A stretch of DNA of 64,000 nucleotides from Lama glama (lineage: Eukaryota): NCBI GenBank assembly GCA_028534125.1, contig CM052841.1:67642001-67706000 (forward strand), read 5' to 3'. Of the stretch, positions 23,040 to 34,072 are shown one piece after another (the first letter of the stretch is position 1; each line of letters opens with the position of its first letter). Made by a program: the position numbers and the translations under genes. Under the pieces are notes generated by a model, which worked only from the letters and a program-made list of their open reading frames with translations, was not told the origin of the DNA and ran no database searches.

Positions 23040-24620
23040 GAAGATACGTTTGATGTAGAAAATTCAAGAGAATCTGAAATTCAATTTTTAGAATGAACCA
23101 GCTTGCAAAGTCAATTCTGTTTCCAAATTTAGCCACAAAGAATCATGAACTGAAATGTTAAACTTTGCACTAGTGACGCCCAAGTCAAATAGCCGTGAGT
23201 AATCCGGCCAGCCGTGTGTGGGTCCTCCTCGCGGAAGCCTGTCCGGTGCGGATGAGAGACCCTCAGAAAGGTCAGAACGACCGGAGCGTATTCCACCCCC
23301 GTGGACTGGAGTGCTTGGTGCCGTGCACACCTTCACTTCCCTCTAACTGATCTGCAGATTCACCGCATTATCAACTAAGTGCCCAATTTACGGTGAAACT
23401 TGGCAAGGTGAATTTAGAATTTAACTGGGATGTTCTTGAGCCAGAACAAGGAGGACGTGCTCTACCTGATGTGAATAATTATCATAAAAATATGGTCACT
23501 AAGACAGTGTGGCACTAGCCATATCAGCAGGCCTTTGCAGGAAACCCCTGTCGTCACTGACCCGGTACCAGGCGCCCCACCCGCTACTCACCTGCGGCCC
23601 TCGCTCACCTTTCACGTCTTCTGGCCGCACAATACCTTGCCTGACCTGTTGGTTCTCTTCGTGGATCAAAGAAGTAGAAATGGAGAAGGAGAAGTTCACA
23701 GATGACCAGATCTCTCCCCGGCTTCCCCTCCTGTGATCCGCAAAAACCTGTGTGAACAAGTCAGCATCTAAAGAGATCACGAGGCGTCGACAAGCCTGCA
23801 CGCGGTGGGCGGTGGCGGGGACTCCGGCCCCCATCCCAGCGATCAACTGAGATCACTTCCCTGGTCCCTTTGAAACTTCCCCGGCTGAGCAGAACCATCT
23901 GGAGATAGCTTCGGGGACGCCGAGCCCACCGTCTCTCCAGATTGCTGGCATTCTGATTAAAAGCCAGCATCTCAAGTATTGGTTTTTGACCAGCGAGCAG
24001 CCAGACCCGAGTTTGGTAACAGCTCCAGGGTGCAGAGCGACCCAGCAGAGCGGACTGAAGAGTCGAGACACAGATTAGGCGTGCAGGGACCTTGAGGTCA
24101 GACAGCGGCGGCCCTACAGAGCAATGAGGAGGGAATGAACTGTCAGTCAGTGAGGTGAGCTGCTGGGGCCTCATGTGGAGAAACAGGAAGGGAGACTCCA
24201 CCCTTACTACACAGCAGAAAAATAGTGGGAGAGTTAGAGGCCAAACGGGAAGGCGGAGCAGCAGACGGCCTGGGAGGACAGCCTCCGGGGGCGAAAAGCG
24301 CTGGGCGGGTGAAAGGCCTGACCACCGGCATTAAGAGGGAGAGCTCTGGGTTCTCCCACGGCACCCAGACACACCCAGGAGCAGGGACGAGGTGCCTGCA
24401 ACACACGGAAGTGACGGAATGCTTGTATCCGGAGTAAGTAGAAAACGGGTGTGAAGCAGTAGTCCTGCGGAAAGCAGGGCAGTGACTTGCCCGACACTCC
24501 CCAGAGAGGACGCTAAACGCCCGATAGAAGAATGAAGAGGGGCTCGACCTCATCGGGGATCAGGGAAGTGCAAGTGCAGACCCCATGAGACACCACTGCC
24601 CGCGCAGTCCGGTGAGGCCG
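23040..24620 (+). mobile_element. Ancient L1M ORF2 fragments, interrupted by an LTR
   Basis: Degenerate L1 ORF2 motifs: tgtagaaaattcaagagaatct, ctgatctgcagattca, ctacctgat...aagacagtgtggcact, atcagggaagtgcaagtgcagaccccatgagacaccac. Likely extends further on both sides. Confidence 0.7.
23522..24021 (+). mobile_element. ERV1-type solo LTR inserted in the old L1
   Basis: 3' half has an ATTAAA poly(A) signal (attgctggcattctgattaaaag) and the ERV1-like terminus ...gagtttggtaaca. L1 homology stops near 23520 and resumes after 24021. The 5' boundary is approximate. Confidence 0.55.
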
Positions 24621-26171
24621 CAGCAGGCGGAGGGGACCGTCACCTCGCACCTCCGCGCGGGCGCCCGGGCCCGCCCTGGGCCCGGCAGTGCCTCCTGCTG
24701 TCACACAGGTGCCTGCTCACCGACCTCCGTCCTGCCCGCTGCGGTGTGTGCCCAGGCTTAGAGGACACACGCAGGACACCACCCCGCTCAAACTGCAGCA
24801 ACCAAACGCCCACCAGAGCCGGGCAGACGCGGTCCCCAGCACGTGCATGCCGGGGGAGCCTCCAGAGCGGCGATGCGGACACCCCCCTCCCTGCAAAGCC
24901 AGCTGGGGGTTTGCACATGCGGCGCTGAGTGGAGGAAGCCAGCTTCCGGGGGGACGCTGTTCAACCGTGTTTGCACTTAAAATTCAAAAGTGAGCAACGC
25001 CGCACAGACATGTCCAGGGATGCGGGCCGAGTGGAAATGTGGACGAAAGAGCCAGGGTGTCCCCAGGTGGGACGGCAGCCCCTCGGGAGGGCGCGGGGCC
25101 TGGCGCTGGGCTCCGGCTTCGCGGGGCTGGTGCGCTGGAGGTTTCGTGTGCTCTGGGGCAGAGGTGGTGTATTTCGCCGTAAAAAGGAAGCTTAAATGAA
25201 ATGAAACGGGGCGTGCAGACGCCATAGCCACCCTGCAATGGCTCCTGCTGCAGTGCGGCTGTCCCCGGAAGCGCCGGGATTTGCCAGGGCCCCTTGTCGC
25301 ACCCCGTTCCTGAGAGGCCGCGGGCACCTCCCAGGGCTGCAGTGCTGCATCTGAAGGGAGGTGTCCCCGGCGGGGGCTCCCGCGCACCGGGAGTGGCACA
25401 GCGGGGCCCTCCTCGGGCTTTGTACAAGACTCCACAGATGCAGGAGGGACGACAGTGGCGCTTGCCCTCCAAGTGTCCCCAGCAAGGTCCTGGCTCGGGT
25501 TGCGGGGTGAAGACCACACCAGCCCCGGGTTCGGGATGTCTGGGTTAGGGCGGGTCCTCGGGTGGGGCCTGGAACATAGCTTAGGGCTGGCGGATACAGC
25601 AAAGTGGGGACTTTGAGATGAGGGGGTTCCAATCAAACTGCTGACTTCTGTTGATGAGTTGAGGGTCTCTGGGGGAAGTGCCTGCCTTGAGTATGCGTCA
25701 TTACGCACTTGCACCTTCCACATGCCTGAGCCAGAGTCTCCGGGAACAGCCGGACACCTGGCAGCACAAGTGCCTCCCTGCCCCACCTACGGCGACCTGC
25801 TGCCCCTTCCGCCGGGGCCGGCCTGCAGCGTCCGGCTCCCTCCCAGCAGCGGGGCGCGTCCCCGGGCTCGCGCTGCACCTACCCCTTTGTTGCCACTCCC
25901 TTCCTTCCTGCCCCTGCGAGGACCCGTGTCTGGAGGGCTGTGGGAAGGGCAGCCATGCTCCCGGCTGGACCTGGCGGGTTCAGCACCCCGTACGCCGGGG
26001 ATTCCCCTGAGGCATCTCTGGCTGTGACAACCGTCTACACCGGGAGCCCTTTGGCTGGCGGAGAGGCTGCCTGCCAGGCCCAGCCCAGTTCAGCGCCCAG
26101 CACCCTGACTTCTATTCGGGGCCAAGGAGGAAGCAGGGCTTGCCTTGGACGTGCCCCAGGCAGCACCACAC

Positions 26172-26296
26172 AGGCCTGGGTTCTCCTGACCCAGGCTGTG
26201 TGGCCTTGGGCCAGTCACTTGACCTCTCTGTCTTCTTGGTCAAGTGATTTGGGATAACAGGGTGGGTTTACGGGCCCTGTGAAGGGAGGATAGTAA
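26172..26296 (+). mobile_element. MIR SINE fragment
   Basis: gctgtgtggccttgggccagtcacttgacctctctgt...gggataacag. Confidence 0.7.
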
Positions 26297-26334
26297 GTGG
26301 GAGGCATGGGTCAGGGGCAGACCAAGAGGTCAGA

Positions 26335-26687
26335 CCGTGGACATGGGCATCACCTGCCCCTCCACAGCTGGCCCGGACTTCCGCCCAGCATCCTCTCTGC
26401 CTGCTTTCAGGACCGCCCTCCACGGCCTGGCCACCTGGCCCCGCCCGTGCCAGGCCTCAGTTTCCGTTGGGTGTTTCACAGTCTGGGAGCAGGAGCCCGC
26501 TGGCTGGTGGCTGCTGTAACCCTGCACCGAACCGCCCCCCACCCACAGCTTCGCTACCTGCCCCGCCCCCCCGGAGCCAGGCTGGGCCCTGGGTGCTCCA
26601 CCGAGGGTGTCGGGAGCTGTGTCCCTGGGGACAGAGGACGGGAGGACACAGGGCAGGAGCGCGGCAGCCCCCGGAGCGGGCGGGGCT
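26335..26687 (+). repeat. Dispersed direct duplication, copy 2 (paralogous to 15859-16064)
   Basis: See copy 1. Confidence 0.8.
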
Positions 26688-27048
26688 CACTGGGCATAGA
26701 GCCTGCAGCCTGTGACGTTTTTCGGGGCCAACCAGAATGTTCTTGATTTCTTTTAAAATCGGAAGAAAAAAACTGAGTAAAATTTGACCCAGTTTATATT
26801 TGTCTTTGAAACTCCATGGTTGTAGAATATAATTTTTAATACCTTCCATGGAGGAAGAGGCCCAGGAAGGCAGCAGGACCGCAAGGAGGAGACTCCCCCA
26901 GGACCCCACGGCACATCTTGAGAAAAGCTGAGGTGAGCTTTGGCGCTGCCGCCCGGCGGTCAGCTGTCAGAGGAGGTTTTTCTCTCCCCCGCCCCGCCAC
27001 TCACAGGCCTAAAACTTCCCCTTTCCCACCCAACACGGGGCCCTACAG

Positions 27049-27250
27049 CAGGTTTTCTCAGCCTCGGTGTTAGCTACACTTTGGCCCGGACAGCCCTCGC
27101 CGTGGGGACCACCCTGCGCACTGCCGGCTGGTAGCGGCATCCCGGCCTCTACCCGCTGGATGCCAGCGGCACCCTGTCCCTGAGCCGCGGCAGCCGGAGG
27201 TGTCCTCGCCGCTTCTGCCGCACGTCCCCTTGGGGATGGGGGCAGGTGAC
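27049..27250 (-). mobile_element. MER20 DNA transposon (hAT-Charlie)
   Basis: caggttttctcagcctcgg...gcggcatcccggcctctacccgctggatgccagcggcacc...gtccccttgggg aligns with the reverse complement of the recalled MER20 consensus. Confidence 0.85.
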
Positions 27251-28269
27251 TCTGGGAGCACGACCTCTTCAGTGTCCCAGACCCTCAGGGTGCCCTGATT
27301 TCTTGGCCAATATCTGAGAATTGTACCTACTGCAAGCCCCGCCCCCTGCCTCCCCGGGTCCTGGCCAGGGTGCCTTTTAACAGCGTTCTCGGAAAGTGTG
27401 TTTTGTGTGTGTGTGTTTAACGTGCGTAGACGGCATTGGGCCTCGTTCTGAATTCCACTTTCTCCACTCGGCGGGCACCGCGGGCGCCTGTGGCTCTCCA
27501 GAGCACGCCTCTTACTATTTGTCTGCCTTTCGTGCGCTGCTTTCGACTGCCAAGTCTTCCCCAAAGGTGTGCCGACATCATTTTGGACCTGTCCACGTGC
27601 CCAGCGCAGTGGCCAGGTGGCCTCTGCCACCGCCGCCACCAATGCCGCACGCGGTGCAGTGTCCCCAGGTCCTGTGCTCTAAGGAGTGCGATTTCCAGGT
27701 CGCGCGGGCTACGGATCCTTAACTCGGAGGCAGGACACGGGCCGGCCCTTCAGAACGGCCGCGCCCCCGGAGGGGCCACGCTGGCTCCTCCCCTCCCCGG
27801 CTCTGCACCGGAGTCCAGCTCTCTGACCGTGCCCCGTGCTGGAGCCTCGAAGCTTCCCTCTCCCATCCCCTGCGCCCGTTTCTTCTTTGCTGTTATGGTT
27901 GCTGCCTTCTCGCGTCCTCTCCAGACAGCGATCGCCTGTTGTTTAAGACCCCGCAAACACCTCCTCCTGCTCCATCAGCTCTCCCATCACCTTTGCCCTT
28001 AGACTTTTGTGAGCTTGTAATTTTTGCTTTTAAGTTTCATTTACAAAGCCTCCCCCTCCCGCAAAGTCCCAGAGATCATCTCCTGCCGCTGTTCACCCAC
28101 TGTGCTCCTCCACCCCAGGGATGCTTAACTACCCTCCAGCTCGTGGGCCCATTCCTGGAACTGCCTACCAAGCCACTGTCCTGTCCCACGGGGTCAGTGG
28201 CGCCACCTTTGGTCAGCTGAGCCTACGTGTGGTCGGTTGGCTGTGTCCCTGAACTCCGGATGCCAGCCC

Positions 28270-28725
28270 GCAGCTCTGTGCCGCGACCGCACGGTATTCA
28301 TTCGCACCTTTGCAGAAAGTCTTTCGATCTCCAAGGACAGTCCACACTCTTTACTCTTCCACAGTCCATATGGCACCGCCACATAAGTCTCAGATGGCTT
28401 TTGAGTCCTGCCAGAAAACGTTTTGATTGGGCCTGCACTGAAACTACAGGTTAATCTGTAGGCAGCTGGCGTCTTTACAACAATAGCTCTTCCCATCAGA
28501 AAGCACGGCGTCACTGTGCTCAGATCGTATCGCTTTCACATTCAGCTTGGGTTAACTCCTAGACGCTTTACGGTTTCTCTTCCTATTGTGAATGGCACCT
28601 TTTAAAAATCATATTTCCTAATTGATCATTACCAGTGAAATGAATGTTACTGACTTTGTAGGCTCAATATGTCCAACCGACAGTCCCAGTACATCTGCTG
28701 ATTCCATCGGCTTTTTTCTAGAGAG
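28270..28725 (-). mobile_element. Ancient L1M ORF2 fragment
   Basis: ttttgattgggcctgcactgaaactacaggttaat...gtctttacaacaat...ttcccatc, ctattgtgaatggcacc. Confidence 0.65.
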
Positions 28726-28820
28726 ATGATTTAATGAGGAAAACCTTTAATGACCCACTAAAAAGGGAGCTGAGAAAAACCAGTTTCCTTTTTTCCTGGA
28801 ATGAGAAGAACTCATTCTCT

Positions 28821-29058
28821 CTTACACACACATACTCTGTGCACACAAGCATGCAAGCATGCACACACACGTGCTCATATATACTCATGTACACACGCAG
28901 GCACGCACACATGGACACTCTCACACACGCACGCACACATGCTCACATACACCCATGCACCCACACATACATGCCCACACGCGCACGCACATGCACACAC
29001 GTGCCCACACATACATGCCCACATGCGCACACACAGGCACACGCGTGCCCACGTGCAA
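28821..29058 (+). repeat. Degenerate (CA/CG/TG)n purine-pyrimidine tract
   Basis: Seen directly; it produces the His/Thr-rich ORFs in the track. Confidence 0.9.
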
Positions 29059-29789
29059 GAACAGCCCCTCTCCTCTCTCCTGCACAGTCCTGGGGTCCTG
29101 CTTGGCACCAGGGCACGCGCTCTGTCAGCGGCACACGCCGGGACCCAGGTGGGCTCCTACCCTCCAGGAGCTCAGCTCTGGCCGGGGAAACACAACACGT
29201 GTTCAAAGAGTCATGGGAGCAAAGGCATGAATTCTGCCTTGCGTTTCTGCCAGCCTCAGTGGCCGTCACCTCCTCTCTCTTCCTGGGGAGGCGAGAATGG
29301 GCACCCACCCCGTGTGAGAGGCGGGAGCAGATGTCCTTGGAGGGCAGGGGTCCCTCTTGCGATAAGCCCTCCCACCTGGGTCCTCCTGGCTGAGGTGCCC
29401 CAGGCAGCCCAGGCCAGCAAAGACACGTGCTCCCGCCCTGGCTGCAGCCTAAGCTGCAGCCTCAGGGACGCCCCAGCCCTCTAGAGCCTCGGTTCCCCTG
29501 TTCACCGTGGGGCGTTTGGACTAGGGGTGCTTTCCGACTCTTTCCTGCTGAGGCTGGGACCTGCCCCCCCCCCGCTGGCTCCCCCGAGATTCCAGCGTCC
29601 CTGGACCTCCTCCAGCAGAGCCCCGCACCGTCCCCGTGACACGCCCACTGCTGGGGCCTCATAGAAGAGGCCAGTCCCCCGGCTCTTGTATCTGGGCTCT
29701 GCTTGGGGTAAAAAAGCCTAAATTCTGTAGGAATTGGGTCCAGCCTATGGGGGTTCGCCTCCGTGGCGGTTTGAGGCAATGTGGAACGA

Positions 29790-30290
29790 AGCTCAGGAGG
29801 TGGGATGTGAAACGGGGCAGCCGCTGGGGAACCTGCTCGTGGCTCCTGGAACCCAGAGCAACCGCACCCCCGGCGAGCCCGCTCCCAGGGACATCCCCGG
29901 GCGGGTGTACCTGGATGTTCCTGAACGTACCTGAACAGCGGACGTGCCCCCGAAAGCCTGCACGCTCGTGTCCGGCATCGCGGCTCACGACAGCCGAGGT
30001 GGAGGCAGCCCAAACGTCCACGGGTTGATAAGTGAACAAACATTGTGCTCCATCCACACGAGGGGTGTTACTTGAGCATCAAGGGGAACGAGGTTCTGAC
30101 TCACGATACAACACGGACGAGCCTTCAGAACGTGCCGAGGGAAGGAGCCAGTCACGAGACCACGGCTGCCTGGCCCCACTGGTACCGAACGTCCAGAACA
30201 GGCGGCTCCCTGGAGTCGGAAAGTATGTCTGGCAGCTGGGGGAGGGGCCCGGGGGGCGACCGCTGGGGTGGTGCAAAGTTCTAAACCGGG
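29790..30290 (+). mobile_element. Old L1MB-like 3' fragment
   Basis: gtgggatgtgaaacggggcagccgct, ggtggaggcagcccaaacgtcca...gataagtgaacaaa, aaggggaacgaggttctgactcacgatacaacacggacgagccttcagaacg. Confidence 0.7.
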
Positions 30291-30394
30291 AACGTGCCCC
30301 GCTCGGCAGATAACGCTAAGAGCGTCGAGCTGCGCGTGCTGCGTGAGTGACTGTTACAAGCTGTGGACCAGAGCGCAGCAAAGCCGCCTAGAGA

Positions 30395-30760
30395 GAGGGG
30401 ATCGCCGTCCGAAGTGAAGCAAAACCACGATGCCGCGTACACGTGGAATCTAAGGGGGAAAGACACGAATGAACATATTCACAAAGCCGGCAGGCTCACA
30501 GGCACGGAGAGCAGCCCTGCGGTCGCCGGTGCGGGGGGGCGGGGAGGGGTAGGTCAGGGGTCCGGGGTTCGCAGGCAACACAAGTGAAAGAGATGAACAG
30601 CAAGGTCTCACTGCAGAGCGCGGGAACCATATTCAGTGCCTTATAACGGCCTGAAATGAAGGACGGTGTGGAGAGGAGCGCGTACAGGCATGACTGAATC
30701 ACCACGCTGGGCACCGGAAACTAACACAATGCTGCAAACAACCACGCTTTGACTAAGAGA
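30395..30760 (+). mobile_element. L1 LINE 3' end (cetartiodactyl type)
   Basis: acgtggaatctaag...gacacgaatgaacatattcacaaa, agatgaacagcaaggtctcactgcagagcgcgggaaccatattcagt, gactgaatcacc...gaaactaacacaatgctgcaaac. Confidence 0.8.
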
Positions 30761-32225
30761 AGGGTCAGCTCTGGGAGGACGGTGACGGTGGCCGGGAGTG
30801 CTGGCACATAGGCCCCAGAGCTGGGGGCGGCCCCAAGGCCCTAGACGGGAGGGTCCCTCCCGCCCGGGGCTGCGGGCTGCGGGCAGCGGAGAGACCCTGG
30901 CCTGCTGGCCTCCGCTCCCCCTGCTTGTTGCTCCTGCCTTGTCTCCGGTCCAGCCCTGCCGGCCTCTTCCCTACCTCCCCCGAGGCTGGCAGCCACACCG
31001 GGCTTTCCACGGCTCCCCCTCCTGCGACCGAGGATCCCGAGGGGCTCAGCCACCTGCCCCCACCCGGCGCCTGGAGGTCAGGGCGGCGGGAGGCAGGGCG
31101 GCCGGGCTCCGGCAGGAAGCGGTCCTCACCCTCGGGCCAGCTTAATTTCCCAGAGATAATAACGCCAGCCTGAGCGTCTGCCGGGCACCTGAAGACAGAC
31201 GACCCGTGTTTGCAGAGTAATAGCTTGTGTCAGAGCAAATTGGAATTTATATCTCAGGAGGCAGATAATCCTCTTCAGAGCCCTCAGCGTGCTCGGGACC
31301 GGAGATGTTTGCACCGCGACGCCGGCGGGGGATGCCAGGGGGCGGCTCCATGGGAGACCCTGCCCGCCCGGGGCCTGTGTTTCACATCCTAATTGAGCTA
31401 CAAACCCGAGCACACCGCGGGGAAGACAGGTCTCGCTGTGTCCTCCTTGCGATTTGCTTGGGTGGAGGCCATTCTCACCCTCAGGAAACTCAGGGAAGAC
31501 AAATCAGGAAGCAGGGATTTTGTGTGTGTGTGTTGTTTTGTTTTGTGTGGTGTGGTGGCTGGTCGTTTTTGAGGGCATTTGTAAAGCTTGTGGACAGACG
31601 AGAACACTCCAGGAGCGCATTCTCACCCCGTTAAATAGCTCCTGAACCCCACCCTCCCCTGCGCTGTGTTCGCAGGGACCAGAGCACAGGCCGCTTTGCT
31701 CTCTGCTTGAGCGGCGGCGAGCTGGCCGGGGACGGTCACATAAAACGCGTGGAGCGAACAGCAGAGGCCAAAGCCGCGGTGACCGCAGGCGCTGCCCGCT
31801 CCGAAGAGCTGCTCCCAGAGCCTTGTGCAAATACATTTACTCTGCGTAGACGAATGGGACGAGGCTGCCCGCAACATTTGTTCATCACAGCGGATTTAAT
31901 TTTTAGACTTTCATTAGGGCAGGATTAACCTTGCTGAAGGGTATTGAGATGTGGGTGGAATGAATAAAACTGATTCCGGAGACACACTGCCATGGGAGAA
32001 GCGCCGGGTGGAATTAGGCATTTACCGCACGCAAGTACCTTCTCCTTGGCACCCACGTGGTCTCTTGCCTGGGCTCTTTCTCTCCTTCAACAGAGACGAG
32101 CTCTCTGGAAGGCAGAGAGAACGTGGCCACAGCCACAGATAAGTCACCGCCATCCTGCTCTGTGGCTGGGGAGGCAGCGAGAACATGACCCGGCAACGCC
32201 AGGTGAAGAATTCCAGGGAAGCCTC

Positions 32226-32250
32226 TGATTGGCTGGCCGCTGGCCAATCA
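32226..32250. promoter_or_regulatory. Inverted CCAAT pair enclosing an NFI-type palindrome
   Basis: TGATTGGC-tggccgctg-GCCAATCA; CTGGC-N5-GCCAA at 32233-32247; ETS core GGAAGT about 10 bp downstream. Motif evidence only. Confidence 0.4.
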
Positions 32251-33949
32251 CGACGGAGGGAAGTCGGGTGGCGGTGCCGTGTACAGACAACGTGGCCGCC
32301 TCTGGGGGCTCTTGACCAACTGGTCCCGTCTGCCGAAGGCTGTCCCAGTTTCAGCAGTGGCAGTCCGTGTCCCATCTGGCAATCAAGACGGCGGGTCTCT
32401 CTAAACGCAAGAATCCATCTAGAAATTTCCAAACTCATTTAGTGAGTTCTGTAGCACGTCATAACCTGTTTCACAAGCATTTCATGTGGGCAGCTTCTGC
32501 ACAGACTGTGTCCAACGGGACAGCAAGCAAGAGCTGAAGCCAGGTCAGGTGTGTCTCGGGGGTCTCGCCCCTCGGCCGAAGGCAAACCCCAGCCGCCTCG
32601 GGTTAAACGGGACCCGCCATGGGGAGCTTCTGTGACCCCCAGCCTCTCGCGGGAGGCAGATTCCTCTTCCAAGCGTTGCCAGCCCGGAGCTGCGCAGCTG
32701 TGACTTGGGGTCAGTCAGGCGTGAGTATCAGACATAACTGGCTCCCTACCTGCAAGTCCTCCCGAGAGAGGCACCGATCAAGCCGCCATGAGAGCTCTCG
32801 CTCCCGACAGAGGGGTCCTGGGCCACAACTGTTGGACATCTAGGTGTTCCAGTTTCCCTTCAAGCAAGAGGATCAAGGCCCCTGGCCCCTCCATGACCTG
32901 CTCAGATGGCCAGGAGAGGGCATTTGGGCCGCCCTGGTCCCTGTGAGCTTGCTGGTGGCGGAGTGGCCCTGGGACCTCAGGTCACCTGGGCTCAGACACA
33001 GTGGGGGAGATGCTGCAGAGGAGGGGGGCACACAGCTTTTAGCACCATCCACGTGCAAGTTTCCACCATCTCTGTTGTCCAGAAAACCCAAGAGCATGTG
33101 ACAACAGTAGGTGGCATTCGTTGTGTGCTGGCTGGGGTGGCACTGAGCTGCAGCTTTGCAAGGGGGAGAGTCTGGCCTTTTCCTGGACAGCCACTGTCCC
33201 CTGATGTCCCTCCCACCACTGGCATCCTTGAGGGGTCCTTCCTCCAACCTGCTTCCTCCAATCAAGTCTCTCTGGTTCCACTCACCTAAAAGGGTGCAAA
33301 AGGTCACCTAACCAAAATAGTTCACACCTCCTTGTAAAGACCACGGGGCTTAACCTTTCAGAGGGAGGCTTGCCCCTTCCGTCTGAGCATGCGTCACCTG
33401 GACCTGGACTGCTGAATCCGGGAGGTGACTCATCAGATCGGGGCATCTCCCTGACCCTAGGACAGTGCCCCCAGCCCCGCAGGCTGCAGGAGGGCCCACA
33501 AGGGGCTTCGGGGTTCTGGAATGCCGCCAGGCCCTCTCCTCCAGAGGGATCCGGTTTGGGGTGGGAGTGGTCCCTCGGTGCTCCGAGGGCAGGCTGCCGT
33601 CAGTGGGAGAGCAGGTGGCGCTGCGCCACCCTGGGGCTGACAGTGATGGACGTGGTTGGATCAGGGACCAGACAGCAAGGAGCTGAGGCCCCCACTGCTC
33701 AGTTCAGCCTCTCTGCCCTGCTCCACGGAGGCAGCTCCAGACCTCGGGCTTCTCCAGCTGCCGGACGTCTGCATGGGTCCAGGGAGGTCGCGTGGGCTTC
33801 GGCTTCGGCGGGCTTGGGGGTGGAAGGGGCGGGGCCTCGTCTGGCGCACAGAGGTGGGACTGGGCGCTGGGCTTTGTCACCAGGCGAAGGGGGGGCACTC
33901 CCATGGGAGCTCGCTATAGAGGGCGTCGCTCACCTTTCGGAGGACTGTA

Positions 33950-34072
33950 TCACCACCCCCACTTTCCAGGTGAGAACACTGACGCTCTCTCCGGGGAGGC
34001 TGCGTGCCCATCACCGGAAGTGGAGTCTCTGTGGGGCTCCTGGAGCCCGAGCTGGACCCGGGTCATGCGACC
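33950..34072 (-). mobile_element. MIR SINE fragment
   Basis: atcaccacccccactttccaggtgagaacactgacgctc resembles MIR ATCCCCATTTTACAGATGAGGAAACTGAGGCTC. Confidence 0.55.

Noticed and set aside
25979-25999. REST/RE1 site (TTCAGCACC...)
   Set aside because: Only the left half-site matches; the GGACAG right half is absent.
28734-29484. His/Thr- and Cys/Val-rich ORFs as metal-binding proteins (also ~36.5 kb and ~44.7 kb)
   Set aside because: Simple translations of degenerate (CA)n/(TG)n tracts.
29905-29936. 10-bp tandem repeat (GTACCTGAAC-like x3)
   Set aside because: A small slippage expansion inside an old L1 fragment, with no sign of function.
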